Of a DNA stretch of 64,000 nucleotides, positions 24,414 to 38,177 are shown piece after piece. The notes below the pieces were generated by a model, which did not search any database, had not been told where the DNA came from, and worked only from the letters and a program-made list of their open reading frames with translations. The translations under genes and the position numbers were made by a program. Source of the stretch: Phyllosticta citribraziliensis (taxonomy: Eukaryota); the NCBI RefSeq assembly GCF_038025025.1, contig NW_027117340.1, positions 1,240,001 to 1,304,000 on the forward strand, written 5' to 3'. How positions within the stretch are numbered: the stretch's first letter is position 1; each line of letters opens with the position of its first letter.

Positions 24414-25840
24414 TTGGTTTGGTATCGTTTGCTGCAGTAGATTTCCACTTCGTTTTCGGATCGTTGCTGGGTGGGATGGTCGATGTCCGTAGTGCTATTT
24501 CATTTCGTGTCCTCCTCGTGGTGTCTATGATGAGAGTGATTTACACTCAAATTAGCCAGAAAACAGTGCTGGATTGAATGACAATCAGATTGCTTGAGTT
24601 TGTTCTGCACCACCAACCTGCGTCCACGGGGAGATGATACGAGTCCCGGGTTGACGGCTTGGTTGTGGCTGGCGGCATCGAAATTTGATACAGCTGATGT
24701 TCCGATTCGGCGACGGGGTTGCAAATGACTGTTTGTGTCCACGTGGTAGGTGACGGGCATGCGTGATCGAGCGCGGAGTCGGGTTCGGGGTCAGGGCCTG
24801 GGCCAGGAACAAAATCTGGACAGGGGACTTCGACGTGAGATGACGCGGTGACCCAGGCACGTACGCACGCAAGCGCTGCGGAGCAACACCCAGTGCGCGC
24901 GATGACAATGGGGATGGACATGGAGTGTGGGAATGAGTGGGACGCATGGACGTGACAGGCCCAAGCGACACGCACCCCAGCGGCAGGGACTTCAGGATAG
25001 AGCAGAGCAGGGCAGGCACGAAACAGGAAAGCAAGCAAGCAAGCAAGCAGCAAAGCATCATGATGCATGGACAGGTAGATTGATTGGCCATTCCACTCTC
25101 ACACTCACAGTGGAAATGCTCTACCATGCTTCCATGCCCTCCTCCCTCCCTCCTACCGGAGCAGGCGCGCGAGCGCCGTGCAGCTCGCTCTCGTGTCCGG
25201 CCGTGGTCTGGCTCGTCTCGGGCCTCTCTTCCTTCATCCTTCCCACCTCCCTTCTGTTCTCCTCCTGGGCAGAAGCCCTCAAGTGCTTCCACCTTCGCAC
25301 CGCAGGTCTCGCCGCCAGAGGTGACGTCGAGTGCGATGCCAGTAAGACGCCGCGCGGCAAAAGCGCCGCCAACGGCAAAAAAAGAGGACAGCAGCAGCCG
25401 ACCCGCTCAACCTGCGCGAATCTCACTCACAAACTCCAGAACCTGCTGGCGCGTGGATGGGACTCGGATAGGCGAGTTGGTAGTAGTGGTCTGCGGGAGT
25501 GCCGTTCTCGACCCGACGGGGACCAATGGAAATGTGGTCGTTGTCGTGAATTAGGGGTTTACGCATATTGAAATGCGGATCCAGCTTGTATAGTCCTCCG
25601 TGGACTTTCTCCTTTCTCCTCGGCATATGGCGACGGTCGAGTCTACGTGAGAAGTGCCTCTAGGGAGCGCAGAAATGAGCAAACACAGGTGATAGCGACA
25701 GCAACGAACAGAAGCAGTAGCAACAAGACACACAGCGAATCGTGAAGAGAGCGTGAAAGTCGTCAGATCATGTCGACGCGACGAGGTGCAGCCGAAGCAG
25801 AGGTTCCGCCCACACCACATCGAGCCTCGCTGGCGTCGGT

Positions 25841-26641
25841 CTATCGACGCACAACGATGCCCTGTCGGCGCGTGGTGCGGGCGCGATATTCCTCGTCGTC
25901 CGACGACGAACACTCTGAACTCTCATCCGAGTAGCCACAGCGCGAGCCGCCGCAGTCGAGTTTGACACGGTCTCCGGAACGCGTGATGCCGAATCGTTCG
26001 CACGTGCAGCAGGAGCTGGTGCTTGACACGCTGCTCGGCGAGCTTGAGTTGCTGCTGCGGCTGCTGCGCGACGTCAGCGACGGCACGTCCGAGTCAATGT
26101 CGCTGTCGTCGTAGTCATCCTCGTCGTCTTCGGCAATAGTCGTCCGGCTGAAGCGCGACGTGAGCGCTTCGACCGTAGCCGGCTCGTACGATTGGTTGAC
26201 GATTTGGCGTACTTGGCCGGGCTTGACGGGACGTGGAGATTTGATTTGTGAGGGCGAGATTGAGCGTCCCTTGGCTACGTCGATGGAGCTGTGTCGCGAG
26301 TGACGCTTCGAAGTTGAGTGGTGTGTGCTGCTGCTGGTCGATGTCCTGCCTCCTGGAATGTCGAGGATGTTGAGCTTGCGGCCAGTGGTCGGTTCCGTCG
26401 TAAATTCTCGGGCCGGATCATGCGAGACGTGGTAGCCGTCGATAATGTAGTAGTACCAGTATCGTTGGCCTTGCTTGAGCGTCGCGCCCTGGAAACGGAA
26501 AGTGCCTTTCCATCCGCCGGCCTTGGTTGCGTCCTTTGAGAGAGGCAGTTGTCCATTGTAATTGTCCCAAGAACCAAGCAAATGGACCGTCTTGCAGTTT
26601 GCAGACGTGCGGAGGGTGAAGTTGAGCTGGATTGCGGCCAT
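25841..26641 (-). CDS. esdC: EsdC, AMPK-beta-type glycogen-binding (CBM48-like) early sexual development protein
   Basis: 266 aa. N-terminal VHLLGSWDNY...WKGTF...YWYYYIIDGYHVSHDP and C-terminal CTCERFGITRSGDRVKLDCGG, as recalled for Aspergillus EsdC. Confidence 0.85.
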   Translation of the reverse strand: MAAIQLNFTLRTSANCKTVHLLGSWDNYNGQLPLSKDATKAGGWKGTFRFQGATLKQGQRYWYYYIIDGYHVSHDPAREFTTEPTTGRKLNILDIPGGRTSTSSSTHHSTSKRHSRHSSIDVAKGRSISPSQIKSPRPVKPGQVRQIVNQSYEPATVEALTSRFSRTTIAEDDEDDYDDSDIDSDVPSLTSRSSRSSNSSSPSSVSSTSSCCTCERFGITRSGDRVKLDCGGSRCGYSDESSECSSSDDEEYRARTTRRQGIVVRR

Positions 26642-28983
26642 TTTCGGTCGTCGGGTGTTGTCGAAATGATGGATTTGGAAAACTTGTAGAAGAGTTTGCT
26701 TCGAGCAAGAAGAACTGCTATTAGATTGGATTATGTCGAGTGTTGCGATGCGTCGTCCAGCGACAAGAATGATGAATTAGGCGATGTTTGGTTGATTACT
26801 GGGTTTTCTTGGGTTGTAGTTGTGAAGTGCCGTATGATGTTGGGGAAGAGTGCCAGACTCTTGTGGGGGTAAATTAGTGAATAGTAGGGGGGATAGTAAA
26901 AAAAGTAGAAGAAAAAACAACAAACAACAGCTAACAGTCAGCTCTTGGATTCTCAGGCTTGCTGAAGACCAGAAAAGTCTGACGCGCGGACGGCAGCGGC
27001 AGTCTATATAGCATCGGGTTGCAAACACGCCGGGTCCAGTCAGGTTTGCGGCCCAGGCAGTGACGGACCGGGATGCTGCCATGTCCGCATCGAGCATGAC
27101 ACGGCGTCCGCATGGGATGTGCATTGCATGGAGGGTGGACGGCGGGCTTGCAGTCGAGCGCTTGGGTTCGGACGTCGAGTGGATGGGAGTCGAGTGTAGC
27201 AGCACCGGCGGCTGGAGGGACGACGTTGATTGGGCGGGCGTTGTGCACCCCGGTCCCAGCTCACGGCGACCAACTGCAAAGACATGGCAGTTGCCCACCA
27301 ATTGCATGGCTCCATGACGAAGCGACCGTGATACGCATGCACTCTCGCTCTTTTCTCCCAGCACGTCGACTCTGGCCTGCTATGATTGCTCCACTCGCTG
27401 CCTGGCCGACCGGCGTCCGCGACGCTCTATTTCATCCCCTGCCTGCCTGCCTGCGAGATGCTTTCGCGTGCTGCTTGCGTCCTGCCAATTGCGGTCCTGC
27501 GGGATGATCATGGAAATACGGTGGCTGGCGTTTACTCGCATGCGATTCTATTGATCCTTGGCTTGCCACTGCGCCGCTGCTCGCAAAGGTGGCACCGCGT
27601 TCTTGGGCGTTGGATGGGGGCTCCTCTTCACCGGTCAGAATCGAGAATCGAGATGGACATTGCAAAGGCATACATCATCGTGCTGCCCAAGCTCGAGCTG
27701 GCGCCTCGTTGTCTGTGCATCGAGGACTGACGACGGCCTGTGTAATTCAGCTTTCCAACAACGTGGATACTGGTCGATCCTTTTGCGAATCACTTCGACA
27801 GGCTGAGAACATCTTCTCTTCTTGGCAGCTTGCCGGCTCAGACCATCTTCCCCTCTCGACTGATACCAACGGCGGCTGGATGATAACACACTGGTGGTGT
27901 TATACCTAGTCTTCGGTCTTTTGCCCTGTTACTTTCCCACGCCCCGCTGCGAACGCCTATTTGTAAAGGTATCGCCGGATAAGCAACGGCCTGCATGTCA
28001 GGGGTGCCATATGGAGGCGCAGTCCATGGTACTCTCTACTCCTGCAGGTGCTCCAGGCCGCAGTGGGGGTTCGTCAGGCCATACAGGAAGCTGCAGCCTT
28101 CCGAGTTCTCATGTGAGGAGTACCTGTGTGATGCTGCTGCAAACGTCGCTGCGTCGACATTAGCCGATCCATGGTAGGCTTGAGCAGTCAGCATCGCATC
28201 CAGGAGTTGAAGATCATGGGATCCCGCGGGTCTGACGGAGTGCCGCCATTTCCGGACAGGATCCATGGTCGGAGCAGTATTCCCAGTCTTGAAGAGCAGC
28301 TGCTACTCCGAAGGATAATATCTCGACCCCAAATGAGACATTTCTCGGAATTGCAAGCGAGGGGCACTCCGAGCTGAAGTCAATCCGTGGAGGCGTTCCA
28401 GGTCGGGTACTTGGGGTTCGTGATTGGCCCGTCGTCAAGTCATGAATCCTGAATGGAGATTTTGGCAAGGACATGACGCTTCGACGGGTTAGCTTGATGC
28501 ATTCGCCATTGGAATCTTAGTGACAAAACCCCTCATTGGTCTCCTACAGCCGACCTGACAAGGACAAAGAGCCTGCTGGTAGAACGCCATCTGATTACTT
28601 GCATAAGCGCGTCTGTTGCAAGGTCCTCGCTTTACTAGCGCGGAAGCTTTGAACTTCGCACGTTTATCTAGAGCAGAATGAAGGAGGCAACAAATGAAAT
28701 TCGGCTGCTGGGCCTGATGAGAATGCGATTGGATGCTGTATCATGTAGGATATTCTTACTTGCACCTTGTGTCGTGCAATTGGCGCAAGAAACTGTACAG
28801 TTCGCGCAGGGAAATAGCGGTGAAGCGAAGTCGCCAGCAAAGACGAAGAAAGGGGAGTATAGAACGCTGATTGGTGATGAAAGAGAAATTGTACCTCCTG
28901 ATAATGTAGCAACTGAGCAGTTGCAATGGTCTATTCGTCGAGTCGTGGTCGGGTCGTAACTGTCATCTGGAGGCCAGAACAAG

Positions 28984-29985
28984 TCAGCCAATCCAGCGTT
29001 GGCTTTGCTTGTCCCAGCCAATAGTCTCCGGATCGATGTTGAGGGTATTGAGCATCATTTCCACGGTGAAGCTCTGTCATGCTGTCAGCACCCATCATAA
29101 ACAAGGTAGGCCCTGATAGTCCCAAACAATGTCGTGCTTTGAGCTTCTCACATCGTCATTGGCGCCTTCGTCCATCATTTTTGGCTGCTGAGCCTCCAGT
29201 TCGCTTTTCTCCCTTTCCATTTCCTCTTTGCGCCATTCTCTCTCTTTCCTTGCTTCAGCTCTAGCCTCGGCGCGTTGTTCTTTGGCGATACGCTTGACCT
29301 CTTTCTCTTCTGGCGTCAGTTCATCGTCGTCGTCTTCGTCGTCATCGGTGTCGTCTAGGTCGGGTTCCTGTTCGGCCGCATCAAAGCCCTGCTTCCACTC
29401 CTGTTGTCTCTGCTCTCTTTCGCGCCAAGCACCGACGCCGCCCATCTTGTTCACACGATCGCGCACAGTCCCAAAGACCTCTTCGGCGGCAGCCCGACTG
29501 GCCTCTCGCCATTTCTGGATTAGCTCCTCAAGCTCTTGGTCCTTTGTCGAGGTTGAGATCGCCAGGGCTTGTTCAAATGTGTCAACCTCAGACTTTACGT
29601 TCGCAATTTGGCGGGCGATCTTTCGCTGCTTTTGTTCTTCTGCTCTAAGTTCTTGCGCGAGAGGATCACCAGACGCAAGTTTTCGAGCCGAGATGGGAGA
29701 GGTAACTGATCTAGTCAGGGTGCTGGGAGTGCTCTTCGATGTTACTGTGCGCCCAGTGGAGATGGATGGCTTGGTCGAGTCTGGCGGAGCGGGCGAAGGC
29801 ATGGGAGAGGTATTTGCAGTGTCCCCTTGTGAGGCTGATGCCTGCGCAGTGGACGACTGGCTCGCCGAGTCTCCATCGGGTTTCGAATTTGGACGGACAG
29901 GCGTTTTGAAGGGAGAGCGAAAAGGCTTGCGCAAGACACTCTGGGAGTCGTCAAGACGGCGGCGTTTCGCCAAGGGCGTCGACAT
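28984..29985 (-). CDS. sfr1: Sfr1/Mei5 (Dds20) recombination mediator
   Basis: LRKPFRSPFKTP and ELEELIQKWREASRAAAEEVF. Intron 29151..29074 leads to the terminal exon SFTVEMMLNTLNIDPETIGWD...W typical of Mei5/Sfr1. Confidence 0.85.
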
Positions 29986-30663
29986 TCTTGCTAGGCTTCA
30001 GGGCTGAACGAGTTAGTCGGTACGAAGCGATTGACAACCAGCGCATTACAGTGAAGCGTGGAGAGTTCTGGGCGCTGACAGAGATTCGTTGTACGCGCGC
30101 AGGTTGGTGGACGAGCAGTACGCGTTGAACGGGCGTGGGAGTCCAGGCTCAGCACGGCTATGACGCGACGAGCGTGATTTGGCTGACTCATCAGCTATTC
30201 CCGTTTGAGCGAGTTTCCCGACGTCGCCTTGGATCCCAAATGAAGCTGAAGCCCTGCGTCTCTCGTTCGCCTCTCGTCCCGTTGATACGCTCGTTGCGCT
30301 TTGTCACATCCTTTCGGCATACCATTGTGGGAGCCGTCTTATCATTCCCTCGACGAGCCACCGTGCGATCCCTTGCAGGCTTAGCCTGCGGTCTCCTAGC
30401 GCACATCTCGCCATGCAAGACAAGAGCTGCGGGGTCACCTGCGTTACGCTACCCTCAAGCCCATGGCACCTTGCTATCAGCAGCTAGATTGTCTTGATAC
30501 GACCTCCGTTCTAGCAATTTTTTGACAAAGGCTTTCTACAGGAATCAATCTGGACAGTGCCTTGTGGCCAATATAACCTTTTGCTCTACCTCATCCGTCT
30601 TCTGCTGCTTGTCAAGTGAACTACGACCGCGACTGACTTGCATTTGTGGAGTAGAGACTCATT

Positions 30664-32441
30664 ATGAAGACCAAATCTAGCGATGTCGTTTCCAATGATA
30701 CGCCTCTCGACTATGCGGTTGAGAATGGAGATGGTGGAACCATCCTGAATGCATCTGGTCACACACAAGAGTTGGAGCGCAACTTTAGCGTGTGGAGCGC
30801 TGCCTCGGTTGGCATTTGCACAGGCAATACGTGGGCTGCTCTGGGTGGTAGCATTGTTCGTTTCTCCTCTCCCATCGTCGATCACGAACTGACCAATTCG
30901 GGAAGGTTGTCTCTTTGCTCAATGGGGGACCACCAGGAGTCATTTACGAGTTGGTGAGGTCAAGAGACGTTCTGAATTTGCTCAGACCACTGACGGGACA
31001 AGTTTGCTGCTTCGTTTTTCTACTGGTTGATCGCAGCTTGCATTGCTGAATTGGCATCGGCTATCCCTTCGAGTTCTGGGGGTAAGTTCTCACTCCATCA
31101 ATCACTGTGTCGTAAGAAACTCGCTCAAATCCCACCCAGTCTATCATTGGGCGTCAGTCACTGCCGGTCCCAAGTATGGTCGGGCTGTGGGATACTTTGC
31201 TGGATGGTACGTAAACCCAAGCCCCGGAGACGACTCGACTGAGTAATTCAAGGTGGAACTTCTTTGCCTGGATATTTGGCAGCGCCAGCATGAGCTCCAT
31301 CCTGGCAAACGAAATGCTAGCCATGTACGGACTTTTCCACTCCTCATTCGTTCCACAAGCCTGGCATACTTTCGTCGTCTATGTCATCATGACCTGGTGT
31401 TGCTGTCTTACTGTGCTCTTCGCCAACCGGGCGCTGCCAGCCGTCAACGAACTCGGACTGTTTTTGATTCTCGCCGGCGTCTTTGTCACAGTACTCGTTT
31501 GCGCAATAATGCCATCGACCACTGGAAGCGGACATGCCAGCAACGATTTTGTCTGGCGCGACTGGCTGAATCAGACGGGATGGACTTCGGACGGGTTCGT
31601 CTTTGTTGCAGGCATGCTCAACGCCTCCTTTGCAGTCGGGACACCAGACTGCATTGCTCACCTTGCCGAAGAGATTCCCAAGCCGTCGACCAACGTCCCC
31701 AAGGCCATAGCCGCCCAGATGGTTGTCGGGCTCACCACCGCCGTCATCTACCTGGTCGCCATCTTCTACTCGATATCCGATTTTGAGGCCCTCCTCTCTA
31801 ACACGTACACCTCGCCCCTCGCCGAGCTGTACTATCAAGCGACCTCGTCTCGCGCCGGCGCCCTTGGTCTTATTATCGTCGTTTTCCTGCCCACCGTCTG
31901 TACCTGCATCGGCACATACATCACGGCAGGCCGCATGCTGTGGACGCTGGCGCGCGACGGCGCCACGCCCTTCAGCTCCACCATGGGCAGCATCAGCGCG
32001 CGGCACAAGAACCCCTTCGCCGCGACGCTCGTCTGCGGAGTCGTCTGCACCGTTCTCGGCGCAATCTACGTTGGCAGCACCACAGCCTTCAACGCCTTTG
32101 TTGGCTCCTACGTCGTTCTGGCCACCCTGTCCTACCTCGCCGCAATCTTGCCGCACATCCTGACTCGCCGCAAGTATCTCGCTCCGGGTCCGTTTGCGCT
32201 CAAAGGCTGGGCTGCATACGCCATCCCAGCTGTGTCGAGCGCGTACATTTGCGCTTTTGTCGTCATTTACTGCTTTCCGTACTCCATGCCCGTTTCCGCT
32301 GGCAACATGAACTACTCCAGTTTGATCATTGGCGGCTTGACCATCTTGGTCGGCGCGTGGTGGCTATGGATAAGAGGACGGGGATACGTGGGGCCACAGG
32401 GACTCAACGAGGGAGCTTTCGTGGGTGGCCATGGTCATTGA
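30664..32441 (+). CDS. APC-superfamily permease (choline/GABA/amino-acid, Hnm1-like)
   Basis: SGHTQELERNFS, NGGPPGVIYE, IAELASAIPSSSGVYHWAS, HLAEEIPKP and ARDGATPFS; four 5' introns and multiple TM segments. Confidence 0.93.
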
Positions 32442-35400
32442 GATCTCTCGTCTCTGTACAATACGCACTAAAAGTTTGGCATGTGTTTGTCTTTTTTCAC
32501 TAAACACTCTTCGTTGCTTTGTTGGATTTCAAAGCAGAAACTGTCTACCCTTTGCTTTGTCTGACTTCTCTATCCTTACGCCACTGTAATGAGTGTGTCA
32601 AGCTCTTATCCGATGCCCTGCCCGTCGCAAACTTTTTGGCTCATTTCCGGATAAGCCTTCAGGCCCTGTTGCAGACCGCGAAAGGACGGCTTGTTCTGCC
32701 ATTTTGCAAGGTCTCGAGTTGGACTAGCAGCACAGGGACCAAGTCTCGAAGTCGTGGAACTACTACACCACACCAGACGCCCTCCCTCAGCTCCACGGAA
32801 GGAAGACTATACCATAGATTGAGTTGCTCATATCCACCATTCCACTCCTTTACCCTTTTTCTTCGCTAAACCCACAATTATCCTCCACTCCCCCTGCCTT
32901 CTCGAAATTCATGTGGTTGTTCGCGTACAACACACTGTCATCCACCTTCTCGTTCCGATGGGCGCTGTCTGCAAGCCCGTAAGCCCGTGAGCCCGTGAGC
33001 CTGAGAGTATGGGAACATGGGGATTGATAACAGCAGCCAAGGCGCAGGAGAAAGTGAGAACGACGCAGCGCGCGCTGGAGAGCGGCTCGCCGCCAATGGT
33101 ATGAACCTGCCAAATCACGGCAATCTTTACTTGCACACGCAGGAAAAGAAGAAGTGGCTTGAAATACTACTCTCTTCGAAGATGAGACCAAGACGAAGAC
33201 GGGGTTCGAGGCATATTTCTGGGGGCAGTAAGGAGAGACACCACGTGAACAAAGGTTTTCGAGAAACAGAATGCAGCCCAAATTTATATTCTGCTAGCTG
33301 CTATGTTGTTTCCGGATGTGTGAGGGGGTTCGTTACTTGACGTGTCGTCGGCAGGGTGCTCCATTGACTTGGCTTGACCGTAGTTCGCTCGCAAAACAGA
33401 CTTGTGCTGCCGTTTCTGGGTGCTTGATCCATGTTGCTTGACCGTGCGGTTTTGGATAGCAAACTTGCCACAAGTTCCGTCGCTCGTCCAACCATCGACA
33501 AGCTTCTTTGGGCCTCTTGTGCTTCGCTAGACGATTCCATGGAATGTTGCGCTGTATTCGAAGGCTTTACTGCAGAATGACGGTTGTTTGGAGGCCTTCG
33601 ACAGTCAGCATTGATGCCCGTTGACACGGTGGTATTCGCAACGCTCACTTTTTCCCAGCAGACAATCCAGCCCTTTCTTTGTGTCCTTCTTGCCGGCAGC
33701 GTCTCTCCTTTTGGTGCGCACACAGCCTGTAGAAAGCTCTTGAAATGAAACCCCAAATGCTTTTACCGATTTTCCGGCCAGAGTAAAGACGCGATGCATG
33801 CACCTGCAGCCAGCGTCAATCTGGTCCACAAACTCGGCTTCGTGGGGCGATGCCAGAGATCGTTCGCCTCTACCCACCGCTCCTCCTGCACCTTCATCTC
33901 GAAAGCAAAGACAAAGAGCTGGAACGCAAGAAATGCGAGGACGAGCTTCATCCATAGTGGCAGGCGGCGAAACGCAGTCGTTGTCAGCGTCCATAGGCGT
34001 TGAGCATCCGCCGCGTGGCGATGGAGAGTTGCGAGGTCGCAAGGCATTTGAGGTGAGGTGTGGGCGATGATGGTGTCGGTCTGGTGTTTGTGAAGGCGGG
34101 GTCAAGTTTGTTGTGGCTTGAAAGACGCGTAGGGGGAGGCTTTGTTAGGAGGCGCGCCAACAGGACTCGGGTTTGAACGAGTGTTGGAAAGTTTAACTCT
34201 CAAAAAGAGAGCTGAGCAGCAGCTTCGAGAGTGTGCTTTGGTGTTTGTCAGTGAAGCCTCAAGGATGCGCAGAAACAAAACAATGCTCTGAGTCAAGATC
34301 ATGAAACATGACAGCTCTTTGGTGGTGAATGCAAAAAGTACGAGCTGTGGAGCAGTGCAGTTGAGGCGGCCACCGTTGACAATCATAGCCTTTGGAGGTA
34401 TTCACAATATTGCTTTGGCGGGTTCACATTATCCAGATCTTGGTGTATGATGGGGGTTGGTGGGTTGTGCCACTTTTGTCAAGTTCAGCACCCGTGGAGA
34501 CTACGTGATTGAAGATCAGGCACAGTGAGGACAGCGTGAAAGTGAAAACAAAGCCCACGTTTGAGCTTACTGGGTTCACTAACTGTCCTTGTGGTCTCTG
34601 TGTCGTGTTGCCTTTGACCGTGCATCTGCTTCATCGACCGATTGCTCTTGAGACCTCGATCTTCGGCGAGTTTGTGCCGGGGATGTAGATCCGGCCAGGG
34701 TAGTCCTTCATAAGAAAGGAAAGGGTCGACAATCCGGGGAGTTGCACCGCTCAGGGTCTCCTTGGCTTCAATACAATGCAACGGCTCGGGCCGGGCATTA
34801 TGCAGCCCTACCGGTGGCGACCAGTGTTGAAGGTTTGCGCGGCGCTGACCGAGGACACAGAGCATTATATTTGAGTCAGCTGCAGGCCACAAGAGATTCG
34901 TAAATGCTCTGGCTCCGCTGACTCGACGTCACATCTCGAAAAGGACACAAGGAGCCCGAATGGCTCAATCAAACAACACAGCACTTGCAGGTCGAGAATT
35001 TATATCACCATAGCAGTCACGCAGGCCAGATACATTATCTTGCGAGCCTTCCGAGGGTAGGCTTGCATTCTTTCCTTGGAGGAATTTTGGGCGCAAAGGT
35101 AAGCGTGCGTTAAGACCGGGAGAGAGGCGAAATGTTTCCTAGGACTCGGCCTTTATTAGTAGTATCCTTTGAACGTGTCGCGCCCGTCGAGGTGATTGCA
35201 CTTACGTCGAAGGAAAAAAAGTTGAAGGGTCGCCCTCGCCAGAGTAATCGGAATCGAATGATACCGCAAGACGGTACGCTGCGTATTGCACTGAGGTGTC
35301 GCGCGCTTGAGCGCGCACACAATCTTCGCATTGACTCCCATAGAGGTGCAGACACAGCATGCAGCACCCGAAGGCGCCACAGCCGGCTGTCCCTGAATTT

Positions 35401-38177
35401 CTGATGCCAAATGCAAGCGTGGTTTCACGCCAGGCCCTCACGGGCAGCAGCCAGAGCGCCCAGGACCGAGATCCAGACGGTGACGATGTGCAGTTGAAGA
35501 TTACTCCGAATTTCTCATTTGCAAGGTGGGACAGCTGAGGCGAGGCTCAGAGTCTGGTGTGAGCAAAGAAACGCAGCATTGGCGAGGGCGACTCTTGGAG
35601 AAGGGGAAAAGTTGGTTGTTGGACGCGCGGTGGGATTTTTAGACCAGCGCACCCGAGACTCAGCAGCTTTCTGCCACCGCCATGCCCAATTAGGTATCGC
35701 TGCCGCAATTCTGCCACCGCCTCCGCCAGGCACAACTCCCCGCTGCTCCCCAGTTTTGCCTTTCGTTGCTTGGTTCAACTTCATCTTGACCATAGCCGAG
35801 AGCCTTCAGTCTACAATCTCCCAATCCCGGTCTCATGCCTCGAGGCGATGCGGCCAAGCTTCTCACGTGCGGGATGCATTCCTGCAAGCCGAACCAGGGC
35901 TGTCCCGTCCGGAGCCCGATACTCCCGGGCGTTTCGGCAGCGGGCCGATTACTTTGGATCGCGGCCAATCCACGCTCTATCCCTCACTCACTTGTCAACT
36001 CCAATTCCCTTCGCAAGTCCAAATCCTTCGACTGATAAAGATTGAAACTGTGCAGACAACGTTGGCTTTCAGGCCCGCCATCATCCAGCCCCTCATCGCC
36101 GGCCCCGCCGACAACCTCAAGCTCCTCGAAAGTCTGGCCACTGTTCTCCATGCGTTATCCGAGGCCTAGCGAGCTCATTAGCCAGATCGCCGATGGCATG
36201 CTGTCACAAGCGTGCCCATGACTAGATGAAGCCCATGATATCATTGAGAGACCTTACCAAGAGCTTGGGAACAATGCAGCGGGTCACCACACTTCGGTTT
36301 GTGGTCTGCTACTCAGACTTGCCGGTCCCTGTCAACGAGTCGTGCTGCATTCCGGATTTCAAGAGAGTCGAGCACCCCAGAATTGGCTTGAGCCTGAACG
36401 GTGTGGCATACTTCCATTTTCGTGCCAGTATCAGCACGCAGCGTACGCGCTTATCTCATGCAACCAGAACATGTTTGCCCTGAAGCACAGCATCGCGACG
36501 AGGGAAGTGCGTCACGACATGCTGCTGAAGCCACTTGAGACTGCCGAGCCCGATTTTGAGCAACCCACATGCGCTGCAGCTCATAGCAGGCTGACATGCA
36601 TTGATTCTCCCACAGGTTCTTTCAGTGCATTGAAAATTGGCTTCTGTGGGTCGTTGCTGTGCCTCTCGAAAGCGTCAATACGTCAGTATTCTGTCAGTAT
36701 GTGAGACCATGGGATGTCTCAGAATTGTCGTTCACCTCAAAACACCCATTCATGCGCAACCCCATGCCGCAGGATTCATTGATGGTCGCTGCAGGAAAAT
36801 CCTCCTCGTACTTGTCGGAGTCCTCCGTCTGATGTGGGCTTCGACCCTGTGCCAGCACGAGTCTTACAAGCCTACATCCGAATTATATCGTTAGAATTCA
36901 CTTGTAGACAAGCCAGGTGGAGTTCGCATTCCAGGAACATTTCTCATCCAAGAACCTGCATGAAACGGTCACTCGAAACACCGGAGACTGCAGCCACCAA
37001 TCCTTTGAGAATCAGACCACGCAGAGATGTCGATTGTCATGTACCTTGTCGAATTGACAGGTCCTCTTGCGGTTTCGCTTCAATCTGCTTTAGCCAGCAC
37101 AGCATCTTCTTTTGGGGCGATCAATTGGCTGTTTGACCAAGCCACTGTCCGGGTAGTCGGCCCTCAGAAACTGGAGCGGAATCCATCACCGATGCAGCCC
37201 AGAAAGTGGTACGAGTTTGCGCCACCCTGGGATGTGGCTGCACGTGTCGCAGAAGCCCAAGCTCTAAGGGCCTTTCAAATTCCCCATGCGCTTTGACGCA
37301 ACCTTCGACCTTTGACAACGCCATTATGCAGAGGTCATCGTAGCCGTCTTACAGACCGTTGAACAATGCCCTGGAAGATCAAGCTGTCGTGTCCACATCC
37401 AGTGTTTTCGTCTGGACATGCGATCAGCAAAATGGCTCAACGTAACACTGATGCAGCTCCCAGCATACGTGCGGCGGCGAAGGTGAAGGCTGCGCTTATC
37501 CGTCACGACGGTGCGCCTTGATCCGGACATCTTGGGATTCCACGGGTTTTGCCTAGCCATGGACAACTGCGAGCAGTCTAGCCATGTGCTTGGGGAATGC
37601 CAAGGGTGTCATTACAAGCTCATCGCGTGGCTATCCGGAGGGCATCCCAGGTGCTCCAGTTGGAGAAGCGATTCGGCGCCGAGACGAGTTGGTGTCCCCA
37701 AACTGGACAGCGAAGAAAAATTGGCCAATCGGTATTTTCGGGAGGCTACGAATAAGGATCCGGCCCTCGTTTCTTGTGGTTAAAGAAATGGAGCTACAGG
37801 GTTCCTGTGGACTCTGCAGCTAGCTTGGCCCGTGCTTAGCCGGTAGATCTCAAAGCCAAACGCATCGGAGGTTGATACTGCAGATCTGACTTTTGGAGCA
37901 AAATCCCATGTTGCGTCAGATCAGAAATCCTATCGCCGATTGTCGTGTCGGTCCAATTCTCAGAGAATCCCATCCGAGTTCTGGATCAGACGATCAGGGC
38001 TTGAAAGGGTCGCTGCCTCTCAGCCGCCATTTTTTGCATATAAGACACCCTTCCGATGCTAACTGTCCTTGAGTATCTCTCAAGCGTGTCCCTCCATTGC
38101 AAGCCCCTGACGCAAGCTCCACGAGCGTTGCGTTCATCACAAGTCCTCTCTCTCGTTTCATAACAAACTTCATCACG

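Noticed and set aside
24547..25571. Several overlapping 150-235 aa ORFs between the P450 and esdC
   Set aside because: Low-complexity, GC-rich, SSR-containing sequence with no domain or consistent splice structure.
34400..38000. Scattered ORFs such as 35519-36169 and 37027-37296
   Set aside because: No motifs, often non-ATG starts and no coherent exon chain.
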